A stretch of 61,115 nucleotides of DNA, counting the filler. It is 7 parts of 7 records of this genome, joined end to end, with 100 filler letters (N's around TTAATTAATTAA, not from the genome) between each part and the next. Parts side by side here need not be neighbours in the genome. Positions count along the whole stretch, not along the records: positions 23,083 to 40,936 come from SRR7504441_11304; 6 more parts are not named here. One strand, 5' to 3'. Positions 22,983 to 35,354 of this stretch are shown here, piece by piece. Both the position numbers and the translations under genes were made by a program. Position 1 is the first letter of the stretch; every line of letters starts with the position of its first letter. Below the pieces are notes generated by a model that saw nothing but the letters and a program-made list of their open reading frames with translations, was not told the DNA's origin and ran no database searches.

Positions 22983-23082
22983 NNNNNNNNNNNNNNNNNN
23001 NNNNNNNNNNNNNNNNNNNNNNNNNNTTAATTAATTAANNNNNNNNNNNNNNNNNNNNNNNNNNNNNNNNNNNNNNNNNNNN
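22983..23082. other. Artificial contig-joining spacer
   Basis: 100-nt N-run with TTAATTAATTAA. Confidence 0.97.
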
Positions 23083-23218
23083 GATGCGCTGACGGTTGCG
23101 CCACGCAGATATACGTATTCAAATGGCGCCACCTTCCGGGGGCCCAGGTGGTAATCATCCGCCCCCTCCAGAGTGGCAGGGCAACTAGCACAGCGTCGGC
23201 ATCACAGAGAGAATCACA

Positions 23219-23329
23219 ACTTTAATCGTCAAAAGACTTTGACCTAGCTCAAAGGATTTTGTTAGTAATTTGGCCGACGATATTAGGAGATAGTAATTTG
23301 GCTAGGTCAAATCCTTTGAGGATTAAAGT
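23219..23329. mobile_element. MITE-like element with ~30-bp imperfect terminal inverted repeats
   Basis: Left ACTTTAATCGTCAAAAGACTTTGACCTAGC versus reverse complement of right end ACTTTAATCCTCAAAGGATTTGACCTAGC. Non-coding AT-rich interior, no clear target-site duplication. Confidence 0.5.
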
Positions 23330-23385
23330 CCACTACCTACCTACCTACTACGTATACCGGTAAGCATCCCTAGATAAATGCTGAG

Positions 23386-23572
23386 CTAAATGTGGTGCCT
23401 TGCGCTAAGGAACTCTGTCATGTCGTAAGCACACACGTCCACAGAGGTGAAGAACCGGAAAAACTCCTCTTTCTGCGCCCGGCCTCTCACCCGCCGCCGG
23501 CTGCCAACGCACCGCCAGCCAGAACACCCCGTCGTCCTTGCCGAGTATCGGATTGAGCGCAGCTTTCACCTG
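23386..23572 (-). pseudogene. Orphan 3' fragment of a calpain (CysPc) catalytic domain
   Basis: VKAALNPILGKDDGVFWLA-[intron]-KEEFFRFFTSVDVC matches the DDGxFWM..EF...F..V.VC end of calpain domain II. No upstream calpain exons seen. Confidence 0.55.
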
Positions 23573-24169
23573 CAGCCAATCGCTCACACCGTCCCCTAGA
23601 ACCTTGCAATTGGGGCCCCTTCTATGTAGAGAATCCCGGACTATGTCCGGGCCGCTGACTCAGGCCCGGATTGCGTGGCGCAGACTATCTCCTCGTGCGA
23701 GGAACTCGGGCATTAGGACATTGACGGGATCATTGACGGTAACTGAGCTCGACATTGGGGCAGTTCCGTCAGCGCAATAATAAGTATAATTAAAGAACAC
23801 TCGCAATATGATCTTAATTATATTACTTGTACTTGTTTTTGAGAGCGGAGCTCCTCGTTGATCAAGGCCCATAAGAATGTCTGAGAATCAGATTGGTCAC
23901 AATCCTAATATGCACAAGCCCTGCGAGCTCAACTACGCATTCACATCCGTAGGAGCTGCATTAGGAGTGCTGGATTGGTCTTAGGGCACAAGGCCAATGT
24001 CAGTGGTCGCTTCACTCTCGTTGCGAGGCCAGCTGTCTTAGCTCGCACGCCACTCTGGCATCGACCTCTGTGCTGGCAGCTGCAGCAATCCCGACATGCT
24101 GAGCACCATTACAAAAGTGCTGTTTGCACCACCATCGCCTCGGTTGTACACACGAATCCCGTCTTCACG

Positions 24170-27100
24170 TCAGATCCATCCAGTCCAACCTTCATACATG
24201 ACACTCAGCTTGTCCACACTGGTAGCCTGCTCGAGCACCCACCCAACTTGCTCGGAGATCGACGCCTTGCGCCCGGCATCCATATCGCGGCCCTGCAATT
24301 TCTGGTTCACCCGGCGCAGAATGCTCATCGCAGTGGCGTTCCTCGCCTCGTGCTGCCACTTCCTGCCATCCTCCTCGGCTTCCGGCGGCGCTGGACTGGC
24401 CGATTCGGCCGCCTCGCCCTCGTCAACGTCCTGAATCGCCCACTGTTCAGCGTTGCTCGCTGTGTCTTGGCCCAGCCTGAGCACAGCGTCGTGGACTCGG
24501 GAGATCTGTTCGATCAGCATGGGAATGGCCACATCCCCAGGGCCGACTTCTGCAGAGCCGCACTCGGCCTGGATCAGGCACGACTGGAGTAACGCCTCCG
24601 CGTCCACGTTGAATCGCTCGTGCTGGTCGATGAGCGCAGTGACCCTCGGGCTTATGTCTTGCTTGAGCCGCGAGCCTATCTTAGAGATTGTCTTGAGTAC
24701 GCTGACCAGCTGGCCATAGAGCTTGGCATCGGCGTGCACCGCCTGCTGCACCGCAGGCACGCCCTGCTGCACTGCCTGCTGCACTTCTGCAAACTGCATC
24801 TGGAGCTCGCTTAGGCGGCCCTCGAGCTCCACAAGCCGACTGGCGGCATCGGAAACAGCATTGCAAGCGTCGCTGTGCAACTTGGCGAGATGTTCGAGCT
24901 CCTCGTCCTGGCTTTGGATCCGCTCGACACACGCCTGCACCTCTGCGTGGACCTCCTGCTCGTCCTGCAGAAGCTTGGCGGTTCGGGCCTCGATCTGCAG
25001 GACACTCTCGTGTCGCGGATCGATGTGCTGCTCCAGGCTGATCACTCCGGTGCTCATCTGGAGCACCTGGTTAGCTGATTCGAGCAGGGCATTAATCACT
25101 CCCCTCAAAGTAGCCATAGCAGCGTCTTTTGTGACCAGCGCCAACGAATCTATCTGCTGCGGCAATTCGCTCCCGAGCAAGCCAGCTGTAGAGATGGCAT
25201 TAGAGAGAGACTGCAGGATAGCTGGCCTCGAACTGGGCTCCAGCTCAGCCACAGCAGCACTATCCCGGAAGGTAAACCACTCCGCTTGGAATGCTTCGCG
25301 CTGTGAAACCGCGAGTGAAGCAGCCGTGTCGCTAATCTGAGACTTGAGTTCTTGCAGCGCCTTCGTCTGGGTTTGGCAGTCGACACGAGCGTCGCACAGC
25401 TCTTCGACAAGAGCATGTCCAAACTGCGACTCGGACTGTGAATGAGACTCGACACTGTTCGCCTCAGCTGACTGGAGCATCTGAGAGCCGAGTAGTCGGA
25501 TAGCAGGGGCTAGCTGGTCGGTGAAGTACGAGGAGAGGCATTCCGACACCAAGGTGGATACTGTGCCGTTATCAGTGCAGCCTTGCTGGGCCGTGTACAG
25601 CAGCGCGTCCATGAAGACCACCTTGGCGCGCAGCAGGGCATGCGGGTCCAGCTCTGTGGAGTGCATTGCTACACAGTGAAAAAGCTGCATGTCCACGGAC
25701 TGCAGAGGCTTGAAACAACTATCACACGCAGCTAGCACTGCCGCCAGCTGCTTGTCGGAGCCAGAGTCTGAGAGCAGGCTACGGTACTTATCCGAAAGCG
25801 CAGCAGTGTCCGCTGCGCTACTCGTAGGGGACTTGCCTGCTTCTTTGAGTGTCAACAGGCTGAGTTTCAAGCCGGAAATCGCCGCACTTAGTGTGGCAAT
25901 CGCCGGGCTCTCGCTTGGGAACTGGGAGATCACCTTGACTGCTTGGTCAGAGAGGCCTGCTGTATGGCCGAGTAGCGTGCAGATCGCACTCAAGGTCTCC
26001 TTGAGCCCACTCAAGAAGCTGAGCCCCGTGTGGCTCTCTATCTCAAATACCTGCGCAAGCCTTGCCAGCAGCCCCAAAAGCGATTTGATCAACTGGCTGG
26101 ATGCCTCCTCGGAGCACTGCTCGAGTATTTCCGACATATCGCCCATCAGACTTTCTACATAAGCGTGCGCTCCCCACGTCAACGACGCTTCGTCACTGCT
26201 AACATCGTGCAATGCTGCGCTCGCTTGCTCCATCCGGCGCTCAACCGCGGTGCAAGACTCTTCGGCCTGAGCACACTCTTCGGTAAGCTTGTCAAGCTGC
26301 TCTTGCAGGATTGCAGGAGTAGACTCGTTGCCCTGCGTGTCCAGATTATCTGACACGACCAGAGGATCTACCGTAGCCCCTTCAGCTTCTGCTTCCGAGG
26401 ATAGAGCACTCTCCAGCCTTGGGCAGCACTTGTACGCGGCGTTTTCGTCGAGGTATGAGTCAGGCAGCAGCCCGAGCGCATGTTTGTATTCAGACAGTTG
26501 TGTCAAACAATCCAGAACCGCTTGGTGGCGCAGAAGCAAGTTATGCGGAATCGTGGCACATAACTCAGTGATATATTTCTGTTGATCCGAGGTCAGCCTG
26601 TCTCCTCCGCGTTTGGCGATCATGTCCAGGATCCCATTCATCTTAGTGCAGTTCTCCTTGTAGAACCTGGTGATCTCCTCATGCAACGTAGCTGAGTCAA
26701 GGCCCTCGAGTGCGTCCACTGTTGCCTGGTGGGCTTGGTGCACTGTTGTGCACTCTGCAAGCATGTCTTCAATCTCCTTGTGCACCGCCCCAACTTTCTC
26801 GCTGCACAGCTCATGCTCGGACCGCCGCCGTGCTAGCGCCATATCTGCGGCCGTGTGTTTGGCAGCCAACTCATTGATCTCAGTGTAGCACTCCTCTTGC
26901 TTGGTTTGGTCGGCCTCCCATTGCTCTTGTGCACTGGCTATCATCTCAGTCGAGCCCACAAAACGGGCCAGCGTTCCTTCAAGCTGTTGGAAATGATTCA
27001 CCAAGTTATCGCGATTGGTTTCCAACGCACCTCTCATCTCATCAATCCGAGAGGCGCACAGAGAGAGTGAAACAGAAAGCTCCATCGATCGCTTGATCTC

Positions 27101-30100
27101 GTCTTCTGGGTCGCCCTCCCAGTCAACCAAAGGATCGTAAACAAAGGCTTCGAGAAGGGTGACTAGCGTTTCTTTGTTCTGCCTCAAAACCTGTAACACT
27201 TGCTCTGCGCCTATGCGAAACATGCCTTCGACGCCGGAATTGCCCAAAGCTTGGTGCATGCACTGAGTGAGCCGGAAGGGCACCACCTCGGGAACGCGAA
27301 GCTTAAGCCCCTTCTCGAAGCATATTCCATAGTCGATGTGCACTACCTCGCCGGAGCGCTTGTCCAGCAGGATGTTGTCAAGGTGCCGATCTCCAAGCCC
27401 AATCACATAGCCTATCATAGACATTGTAGCGACAGATCGATTAAACCGGCGCGACTTGGCCCACCACTCACTAGAGCAACTGGCACTACACCATATCTCC
27501 TTGGATAAGAGATCCGGTCTAGTCGAGTTCTGCATTTCGATGAACACATTGCGCACTATGTGGGGAGGCCACTCCTCTCGGAGCACAGCAGTTGTCATCA
27601 ATTCCTTTTGAAGCGCCGCCTTGATCTTGCCAGACCACACCTCCATTGGGCGAAATCCTGACGAACCACTCTGATCTTTCTGATTCCGATCATGCCAGTG
27701 CTTGTAGATTGCGTGGAGAGCGACCACTTGATCAACCCATTGGATCAATCCCGAGTGATTGGACAAAGGTATCACAGCATAATGCCGTGCTGCGAGGCCC
27801 CGGCTGGCAGTACTGGCGGAAGAAGCCAGCATTCGGTTGGCAACCCTGAAGAATTGCATGACGCGTTCGTCCAAGTGAAGGTCTTCCTTGCCCTTGAGCA
27901 AGTAAGGATACTTCTTGCCATCCGACCCCATAATGATCAGCTTCTTGGGCTTGGTCTTGGTGGGCAATACAAGCAGCACGGAAGAGAACGAGTGCACCGT
28001 CACAACACCGCCATCCGAGTCTAGCCCAGGCATGGCAACGATGGACGAATTTATCCCAGCCAGCGATGGTGACACGTCAGCCAGCTCCAATTCCATGTTC
28101 TGCCGCATCTGCTTGGCGATGTTCTTGTTGAGCGCCCGGACAGGGTCAGATGCCAGTTTCAGATTGTGGATGTCGTTTGGTGCCTTCAGCTCGGCGATCG
28201 CATCGGCGATTGCATCACCAAATGAGTGTAGAAACCAGCGCTCATGGGCTGTCTGCGCTGTCTGCATCACAGTCGCCTTCTGCATCTTTTCGAGCGCAAG
28301 CACCACGGGCTTCATGATCGCACCATACTTTTGCAGCACGAGCCGCACTCTCTCGGCCTCTGTGATAGAAGACTCAGAGAGCGACAGCACGCGCGCAGTC
28401 TCTCGTTCCACCTTGGTCAGCCTCTGACCGATCTCGCCCACCAGTGGCTGCAGCAGGCTATGCCACTGCTCGATCGAGGTAGTGGTCAGCTCGTTGAGCG
28501 CGCTCAGCATGCTGCGCACTTCGCTCACCATCTCGGGCGAGTGCTCGCGCAGGTGTGACTCGATCGCCTGATAGGCCAGAGCCAGCGAGCCCGTCGAAGT
28601 GTCGGTCCCAACAATAGCGGGGTACACCACTTCATGAGCGGCAGCAGTGCCGACCCTCTGCAGCCTGAGCATCACTTGCTCACGCACGAATGAGTCTGGG
28701 TGGCCCAATCTAGCAAACAGTTGCGGGGCGATGTGTCTCCAGGCCATTGCACTGCATCCTGCGAGCTCGTCGTCGAACAGGTCAGCGAACTGGTCCCCAT
28801 ACTTGACAAGCAACCGGAGCAGCCGGAGCATCACTGTGATGTTTGTCTCAGTGGCAGCCTGCGGCCCGGAGCCAACATTCAACTTGAGGTAGCGGACGTA
28901 GCTTCGTACAGCTTCTCTATATGCATTGGCCACTTGAGCTTGTACTTTAGCCTCGAGGTCCACAACCAATTGATGGATTTGCTCTGCGGCCGTCTCGCCA
29001 ACCTCAGCGATCAGAGCGGCAAGCAACTCAGTTGGAGATGCAGTATCAGCCGAGCTTTCCAGATCTTTGAATAGTTTGGTGCAGACCTCGAGAAGTGCAG
29101 TGGACGGCGGCGCCCCGATCTGCTTTTCTATCTCTGAATTTATGACGCTGCTGCTCTCATCGGCAATTATCCGGCCCTGTCTGAAGCACCAAGCCCCGTA
29201 GCGCAGCCAACTCTTGGCAGAGTCGGGCTCCACGGTAGTGGCTCGGCAGAAACAAGCAAGTGCGAATTCAGACGCTGGGTTTGTTGCCAGGTCCGGCACC
29301 GAGATGCCGTTCAGGATAGTGCTGGTCTCTGCCCCGAGAGAGGAGAGTATGGCCTCCGCATTCGTGTCTGTACACAACCAGCCTGCGAGCTTTAGTAATG
29401 CCCGGATCTGCGGGGTCTCGCGCATGTCTTCGCCCGCGTTAGCGAAGTTCGACTCCGAGCTAGCAATCCTGAGCATGCTACTGAACGCGGCTTTACGAGA
29501 GCCTCGAATGTAGGAGATGTTAGCTGCCTCGAAATCGCAGGTGGCGGATTGGTTGGAGCGCTCCAGTAGGCGCGAGGCCAAGGCCAGGTTACGCTGCTTT
29601 TGGGCGACCTGTGGCATGGTCATGGCAATAAGGCTGAGGTGCTCACCTTGATGACGTGGGAGCGAAGCCTTTCTAGTTCTGCCGAGGAGCACAGCTGCTC
29701 GTCCTTGCTGTTGAGCCACTGCTTCGTTCGCAGGAGAGACGCGAAGCAGCCGGCGTCCTGCACCACGCGGTTCAAGCGCTGCAGCTAGAGGGAGCAGAAC
29801 CTGTGAGCACTGCTCTGGCTCGGCATGGCCATCCAGCGCTCCAAGCAGGAAAGGCATGACAGGGGCGGCCATGCCTGGCTCGTGGAGCTGCCTCACCAGC
29901 CCAATACAGTGGAGCTGGACCAAACACGGCAGATACGCTCGAGCACCATCCAGACTGCAGCGCATCAGGGGATAGTCTAGAGCCTTCTGTGCTCTATCCA
30001 ACAGCTGCAGAGACGCAATCGTGTCTCCTTCCTGCAGCATCGCCTGAAGCATCAGGGCAGAGCTCAGCTGAAGCCTTGACAGTGGTGGCTCGCCCACTAG

Positions 30101-33100
30101 CGTCTTTGAGTGAGGGTTGCTGATCCCAGGGAGCAAGTCCAGATGCCGCCTGGCGGCTTGTGGGTCGCCATGATCGAACCTACTAAGCGCGGCGAGGTAG
30201 TTGGTATCCACAGGCACCTGGCACCACCAGCTGAGCGAAGAGCAGAGGGACGACGCGGCACCTGCATCGCTGCCCGGAGAGCGTGGTCCTGCTGGGCGTG
30301 CCTGACCTCTTTGAGCGACACGAGCCACTCCTCAAGCCCCCTGGCCGGCCGCTCAGCTACAAGTGCACAAGCGGTATACCGAGCATCGCACAGCTGCAAG
30401 TAGCAGTCTGTCAAACTATCCACTGCAAATTTGACAGCGCTTGGCTCCATTCTGTCCAGTGATTCCGACTTGAGGACACTGGTATTCAGCTCTTCGATAG
30501 CCAACTCGTACCGACCCTGCCAGCCGCTCGCCTAGGTCTTAGCTGCAAGCATGCCTGGGATATCAAGGTGACTCCAGCGGTCCATGGGCAGAAGGAGAGC
30601 AGCTGCTGCGGCTCGGCTGCAGCCTCTGCGGCTGCTGCTTCGGTTTTCCGTTTCATCAACTGTGGTCCCTGTGGCTGCTCCTTAGGAGGCTGCGGATCCG
30701 CCTCGACAGTGCTCAACCTTGTGATCATCTGGCTGAGCTTCTCGATCCGGAAGCCCAGCCCCTGGAGCACATCGGACTCGCCCAGCCACACAAGCACAGA
30801 GCCGAGCGAAGTCAGCGCCTTGGAGGCTTCTGAGACCATCTTGTTAAGCTGCTGTACGCTGCTGGCAGCAGACTGCGGGGCCTTGTCCCGGCTGGCCACT
30901 GCCTTGCGCACCAGCTTGGTTACGTGCTCCAGCCGCATCTCTGCATGCCGAATGATGGAAGCGCCACACGCAGTGCCCTCTGCACAAGCCAACAGTGGAG
31001 ACCGCAGCCTGAAGAACCAGTCGGTGCACACCTGCCGCACTGATGGGCCCCTGGCTCCACCCCAAGCCAGCACCTTCAGGTTGCCTCGGAAGAATGCGAC
31101 GGTGTCCTGTGGGATCTGTCCTCGGCGCGAGATTGAGCCTTCGCATGCAATGTGCACCTGCACGGCGGCTCAGAACGGCCACTGCACACTCGCACCTCTA
31201 TTTCCAGATTCTCAACAAACGACACAATCAGCCCAGCGGCCGCCACGTGGGGGTATCCGCTCGCCCGCACAGGGAGCACCCACCCGCCGGGCCGCATCAG
31301 GGCGCAGGCCTCCTTGAGTTGTCGCTCAAGTGCCTGGAATCCGGTCACAGGATTGCCCAGCGCTGTGGTCCGCAGCCGTTGGTCCACCATGTGCCGCGCT
31401 GCCGCGGAGGCTACCCCGTGCTGGGCTGCATCGGGCCACTGAGTCGAGAACGGCGCGAGTGGCCGGAGCTGAGCGGCCCAAAGACTCTGGTGCGCCGCTT
31501 CAAACTCGGCTAGGCCGGTCGCGACGGCAAGGAAATCAGACTGGCTGAACTCGAGGCCGGCAATTTGGTGCGACACCTGCTGGAAGAGCTCCCAAGTGCC
31601 AGCGGCTGTTTGGGCGATCTGGTGCAGCGGGATCAGCAGCACTGCCCAGCCACACTGCGAGGCCAGTCTCGACAGGTCCGGATCGGGCAGCGGGGCAAGC
31701 GGGCCGGCTGGGGTGCTGGCGGCTTGGTTGGCCAGTTTGGTGCAGCAGAGAAGCAGCATGCGGCACGCTTGGGAGGGGCTGAGCGTGTTGCTGCTTGCAG
31801 CTGCCAGGCAAGCCTGGACTGCGTGGCCGGAGGTCTCGGCGCTGGGGTGCTCGGCCAACTCGCAGAGCCGGCACACGATCGCCGGACTGAGCCCTCGGCG
31901 GGCAAGCGCGCTGGTGGCCTCGAGCAGCAAGGTTAAGGCGCCTGCACCGGCTAGCTCAGCTGCCCGGGCACTACGGTCGCACCTTGGTCTGCCATCTTGA
32001 GCAACGCAGTCTCGAGCAGCGCGAGCGCCCGGGTCTGTGCGGCTTGGTCTAACTGGTCTGTCAAGTGGTGCGCCCGCCAGGCGGCACACAGCTCCGTGGC
32101 CAGCGGGATGCACCGGCAACCACTCTCACATAACCGCTCCAACGCCGTGCTAAGAATCTCCCGAGCCTGCCCGGAACTCACCGCCAGGCCAGCCGGGCGG
32201 AGTGCCTGCATCAGCACCCGGAACGCGGCCTCTGGATGCTCTGTCAAGCTGCCGAGCAGCGAGGCGCCAAACAGCTGGGCAGCAGCCCGCTTGCCACCGA
32301 GCTCCTCCTGCAGGTCCAGCGAAATCATGAAGAGCGCCGCCTCCCCGGCCGCCGGCTCGCATTGGGTGAGCAGCCAGATGAAGCTGGCGTGCATCGCCCG
32401 CACAGTCTCGTGGTCGCCCACTGTCCGCAGCGCCTTGAACCCTGGAAGTCCTAGAAGTGTATTCGCGTGCTCCGAAGAGCCAGCGCCAGCCATCCACTGG
32501 AGCGCCGCCAGATTGGCGTGGACAGCTGATCGGATGAGCCGCACTCCGCACCGCTCGTTCACCACAGTGAAGAGCGCCCTTGCGGCCAGCTTGTACCATG
32601 GAGCGAGGTCAGGACCCATCGCTGCAGCAAGCTGATTCAGGACAAAACCAACCAGCTTGCCCCATTCGACGTCCTTGCACGGCCCAGACAGCCCCGTTAG
32701 GCAGTGCAGCAGCCGGATGGGCGCCTCGCCCGCCACACCCACAGGGTAGGCCCCGCAGACCACCGCTGTAAGGCATCGTATTAATGTGCACAGCCCGGGC
32801 ACAGCAGCCAGCCCACCCGCCGGGTCCCAATCCAGCATCACCACCTCGATGTCCGCCAGCAGCTTGGCCGACAGGCTGGCCGCAAATCCCGGGTGGGCCG
32901 CCCAAAGCCCGGGAAAGTCTCCGAGCGACGAGGCTATCTGGTCGCTGCCGACAGTAACACACAGTAAGTGCGGGCCGGCGGGTGGCGGCACCGGAGCCCG
33001 GGGTTGTAGCTGGCCAGGTCGAGCGCCCAGGCGACCACGAGGTCGACCAGGTCCGGAAACCGCGTGACCATCAGCTGCGGCTGGATGGCGTAGCTCGCGT

Positions 33101-33714
33101 GGAGCACTGCGAGCGTGGCCGGGAGGAGCGCCGCGGTGTCCTCGCGCTCCATTAGCGCCAAGCACAGCTCGTGCACCGGCTCGAGCTGCTTGTCGCACTG
33201 CGGGAGCGACGACCGCTCGAGGCAGCGGCCGAGCCCGGTGAGCAGCAGCTCGATTCGGGCTATTGGGTCCCCGCCGCTTTGCCAGTTTACCTGCGGCAGC
33301 CGGGAACCGAACCCACGGTCCGAGCCGAGCAGCCTGTGCACCCCGGCGAGCGCCCACCAGAGGAACTGCTGCGTGTCGGTGATCGCCATCCCGCCGGCCA
33401 GCTGTCCGAGCAACCCGGCGGTGGCCATTGAGATTTCGGCCTGTCCTTAGGTAAGCCGGGCGGGGCCGAGAGCGCACTTGATCGTCCTGGAGCAGCTGCT
33501 GGAGCGTCTTGTGCAGCCGCTCGTACACCGGCTGCACCTGGTTGTGGTTGGCCGGCGACGCGATGAACTCCGAGAGCCGGGCCAGGGACCTGCCCCCGCC
33601 GGTGAGCCGCCGGACTGGGCTGGGCGGGCACTTGAGCCGGGTGTGAGCCGGGTGGTCGGCCAGCACCAGCTTGATCTCGGACTGGAGCGTCGGGTGCACC
33701 GGGGCCGCCGCCAT
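24170..33714 (-). CDS. SMG1: Serine/threonine kinase SMG1 (PIKK family, NMD); multi-exon 5' part
   Basis: PTKTKPKK, LLKGKEDLHLDER, GLGDRHLDNIL, HIDYGICFEKGLKLRVPEVVPFRLT, long post-kinase insertion, FATC ending MYEGWTGWI. 5' helical exons joined by short introns (e.g. 33441-33477, 30517-30554). Confidence 0.93.
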
Positions 33715-33939
33715 CTCACCCCGCCCGGCCTCCCCTCCTCATCTCGGCTCCGCCAGCCGCGCTTGTGCTCGGCGCCCGGCGCTCAACGGACAAACAACGG
33801 CTCGAGCCAGTCCGTGAGTCGAGGACAGGCCGGAGGGTGCTGCAATCAGGGGCGGGGAGCCGCGGGGCATGCAGCTAGGAACGACCAGCCCGAGATGGTG
33901 AACGGGGCGTCCGGCAGCCCCTGAAGGGTCTGTCGAGAA

Positions 33940-35181
33940 ATGGCGTTGGCGGAGTCCACAGTATGCTCTCTGGTGTCGCAGCATCCGCGACTGCGTGAAA
34001 TCCCGGCCGAAATCTTCGAGTCCGGCTCACAGCTGCAGGTGCTAGATGTGTCCAGGAACCGGCTGGACCAGCTGCCCGTGGCCCTTTTCAGCTGTCTGGC
34101 CTTGACGCACCTCAACGTGTCTCGGAACAATCTAAAGCAGCTTCCAGCGGAGGTCGGTCAGCTGCGATGCCTCACCGAGCTGCTGGCCATGAGCAACAAC
34201 ATCCGGCCCACCGGCCTCCCCATCCGCCAGCTGGCAGCTCTGCCCGAGCTGACGGTGCTCGACCTGCGGTGGAACCCAAAACTGCAACAGGAGCAAGTGC
34301 AGCGCCGCCTGGTCACCAGTCTGGACCCGAGGGTTGCACTTAGGCTCACCCAGAAGGCCGCCAAGCAGCAGGGCAAGCTGTCCGCAGCCGACCGCGACGC
34401 CACTCGAATCCAAGCCCAGCTGGAGCCGCTGAGCACCCCTCAGCTGCGACGCAGGCTCGAGCTGACCTTTGGGGTCGTGACAGATCCGGAGTTGGATGGG
34501 AGGGAGCGGGTCATGCAAGGCCTGGTGGAGTGCTACGACCGGCAGCCCAGGCAGGTGCGACAGGAGCGCGGGACGCCTGTGAGGGAGGCGCTGCTCAGTT
34601 CTATCCTGGCAGCCGTGAGGGAGACGCCCTGGCCGACCACGACTCGAGAGCGGCCCAAGGTGTCGGCAGAAGGCTACTTGGTTCTGCAGCGGCCCAACGG
34701 CGAGATTCTCAAGCCCGACAGCCCCAAGGCTCGGCTGGAGGCCGCAAAACTGGAGCGGCACAGACGGGTGTGGGATCTGGCGGTCCAAGCCATCCGAGAG
34801 ACCGACCCTGAGTTTGCGGAGAAATTCACGGCGCTGGCAGTAACATCGGGCTTCAACGGGTCGCCGCACATCGACACTTTGAACGTGGGGCCGTTCTACG
34901 GCATGTCAGTTGGGGGGTTCTCAGAAGGGGGCGGGAAACTGTGTATAGAGTGCTCTGCGACGGTGGTGGCTCAGGTAGATACGAGAGGGCGGCTGGCCAA
35001 GCTGGATGGGCGGTTCCCGCACTGGGTGTCGCCCTACGAGGGCGAACGGTACTCTCTGATCTACTACCAGACGTGGGGGGAAGTGTCACCACAGACTACA
35101 GCCATCTTTGAACCCAAGAGTGGCGACGCGGAGGAGGAGCCCTCCGAATGGATCCCACCAGAGACCCTCGCACTGTATTAG
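33940..35181 (+). CDS. LRR protein fused to a 2OG-Fe(II) oxygenase-like domain
   Basis: LRRs LQVLDVSRNRL, LTHLNVSRNNL, LTVLDLRWN. C-terminal PHIDTLN (HxD), PHW (distal His), RYSLIYY (2OG-binding RxS). Confidence 0.72.
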   Translation: MALAESTVCSLVSQHPRLREIPAEIFESGSQLQVLDVSRNRLDQLPVALFSCLALTHLNVSRNNLKQLPAEVGQLRCLTELLAMSNNIRPTGLPIRQLAALPELTVLDLRWNPKLQQEQVQRRLVTSLDPRVALRLTQKAAKQQGKLSAADRDATRIQAQLEPLSTPQLRRRLELTFGVVTDPELDGRERVMQGLVECYDRQPRQVRQERGTPVREALLSSILAAVRETPWPTTTRERPKVSAEGYLVLQRPNGEILKPDSPKARLEAAKLERHRRVWDLAVQAIRETDPEFAEKFTALAVTSGFNGSPHIDTLNVGPFYGMSVGGFSEGGGKLCIECSATVVAQVDTRGRLAKLDGRFPHWVSPYEGERYSLIYYQTWGEVSPQTTAIFEPKSGDAEEEPSEWIPPETLALY

Positions 35182-35354
35182 TTAGTTATTAGTTAGTATG
35201 TAACAAGTTAGTAACAAGTATGCACATGTATAATTCTTCTGTGTCATGATGTCCTCAATCTCGAGACTGGCTCTCTCTAGAGTCTAGACTACTTCGAAGA
35301 GGGCTCTCGCTCCATCATTTCGCTCTGTCTGTTTTGCTCCATCTTTTTAGCGAG

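Noticed and set aside
24170-33714. PIKK as TOR, ATM or ATR
   Set aside because: EDLHLDER, DRHLDN, the long kinase-to-FATC insertion and the YEGWxxW end are SMG1-type
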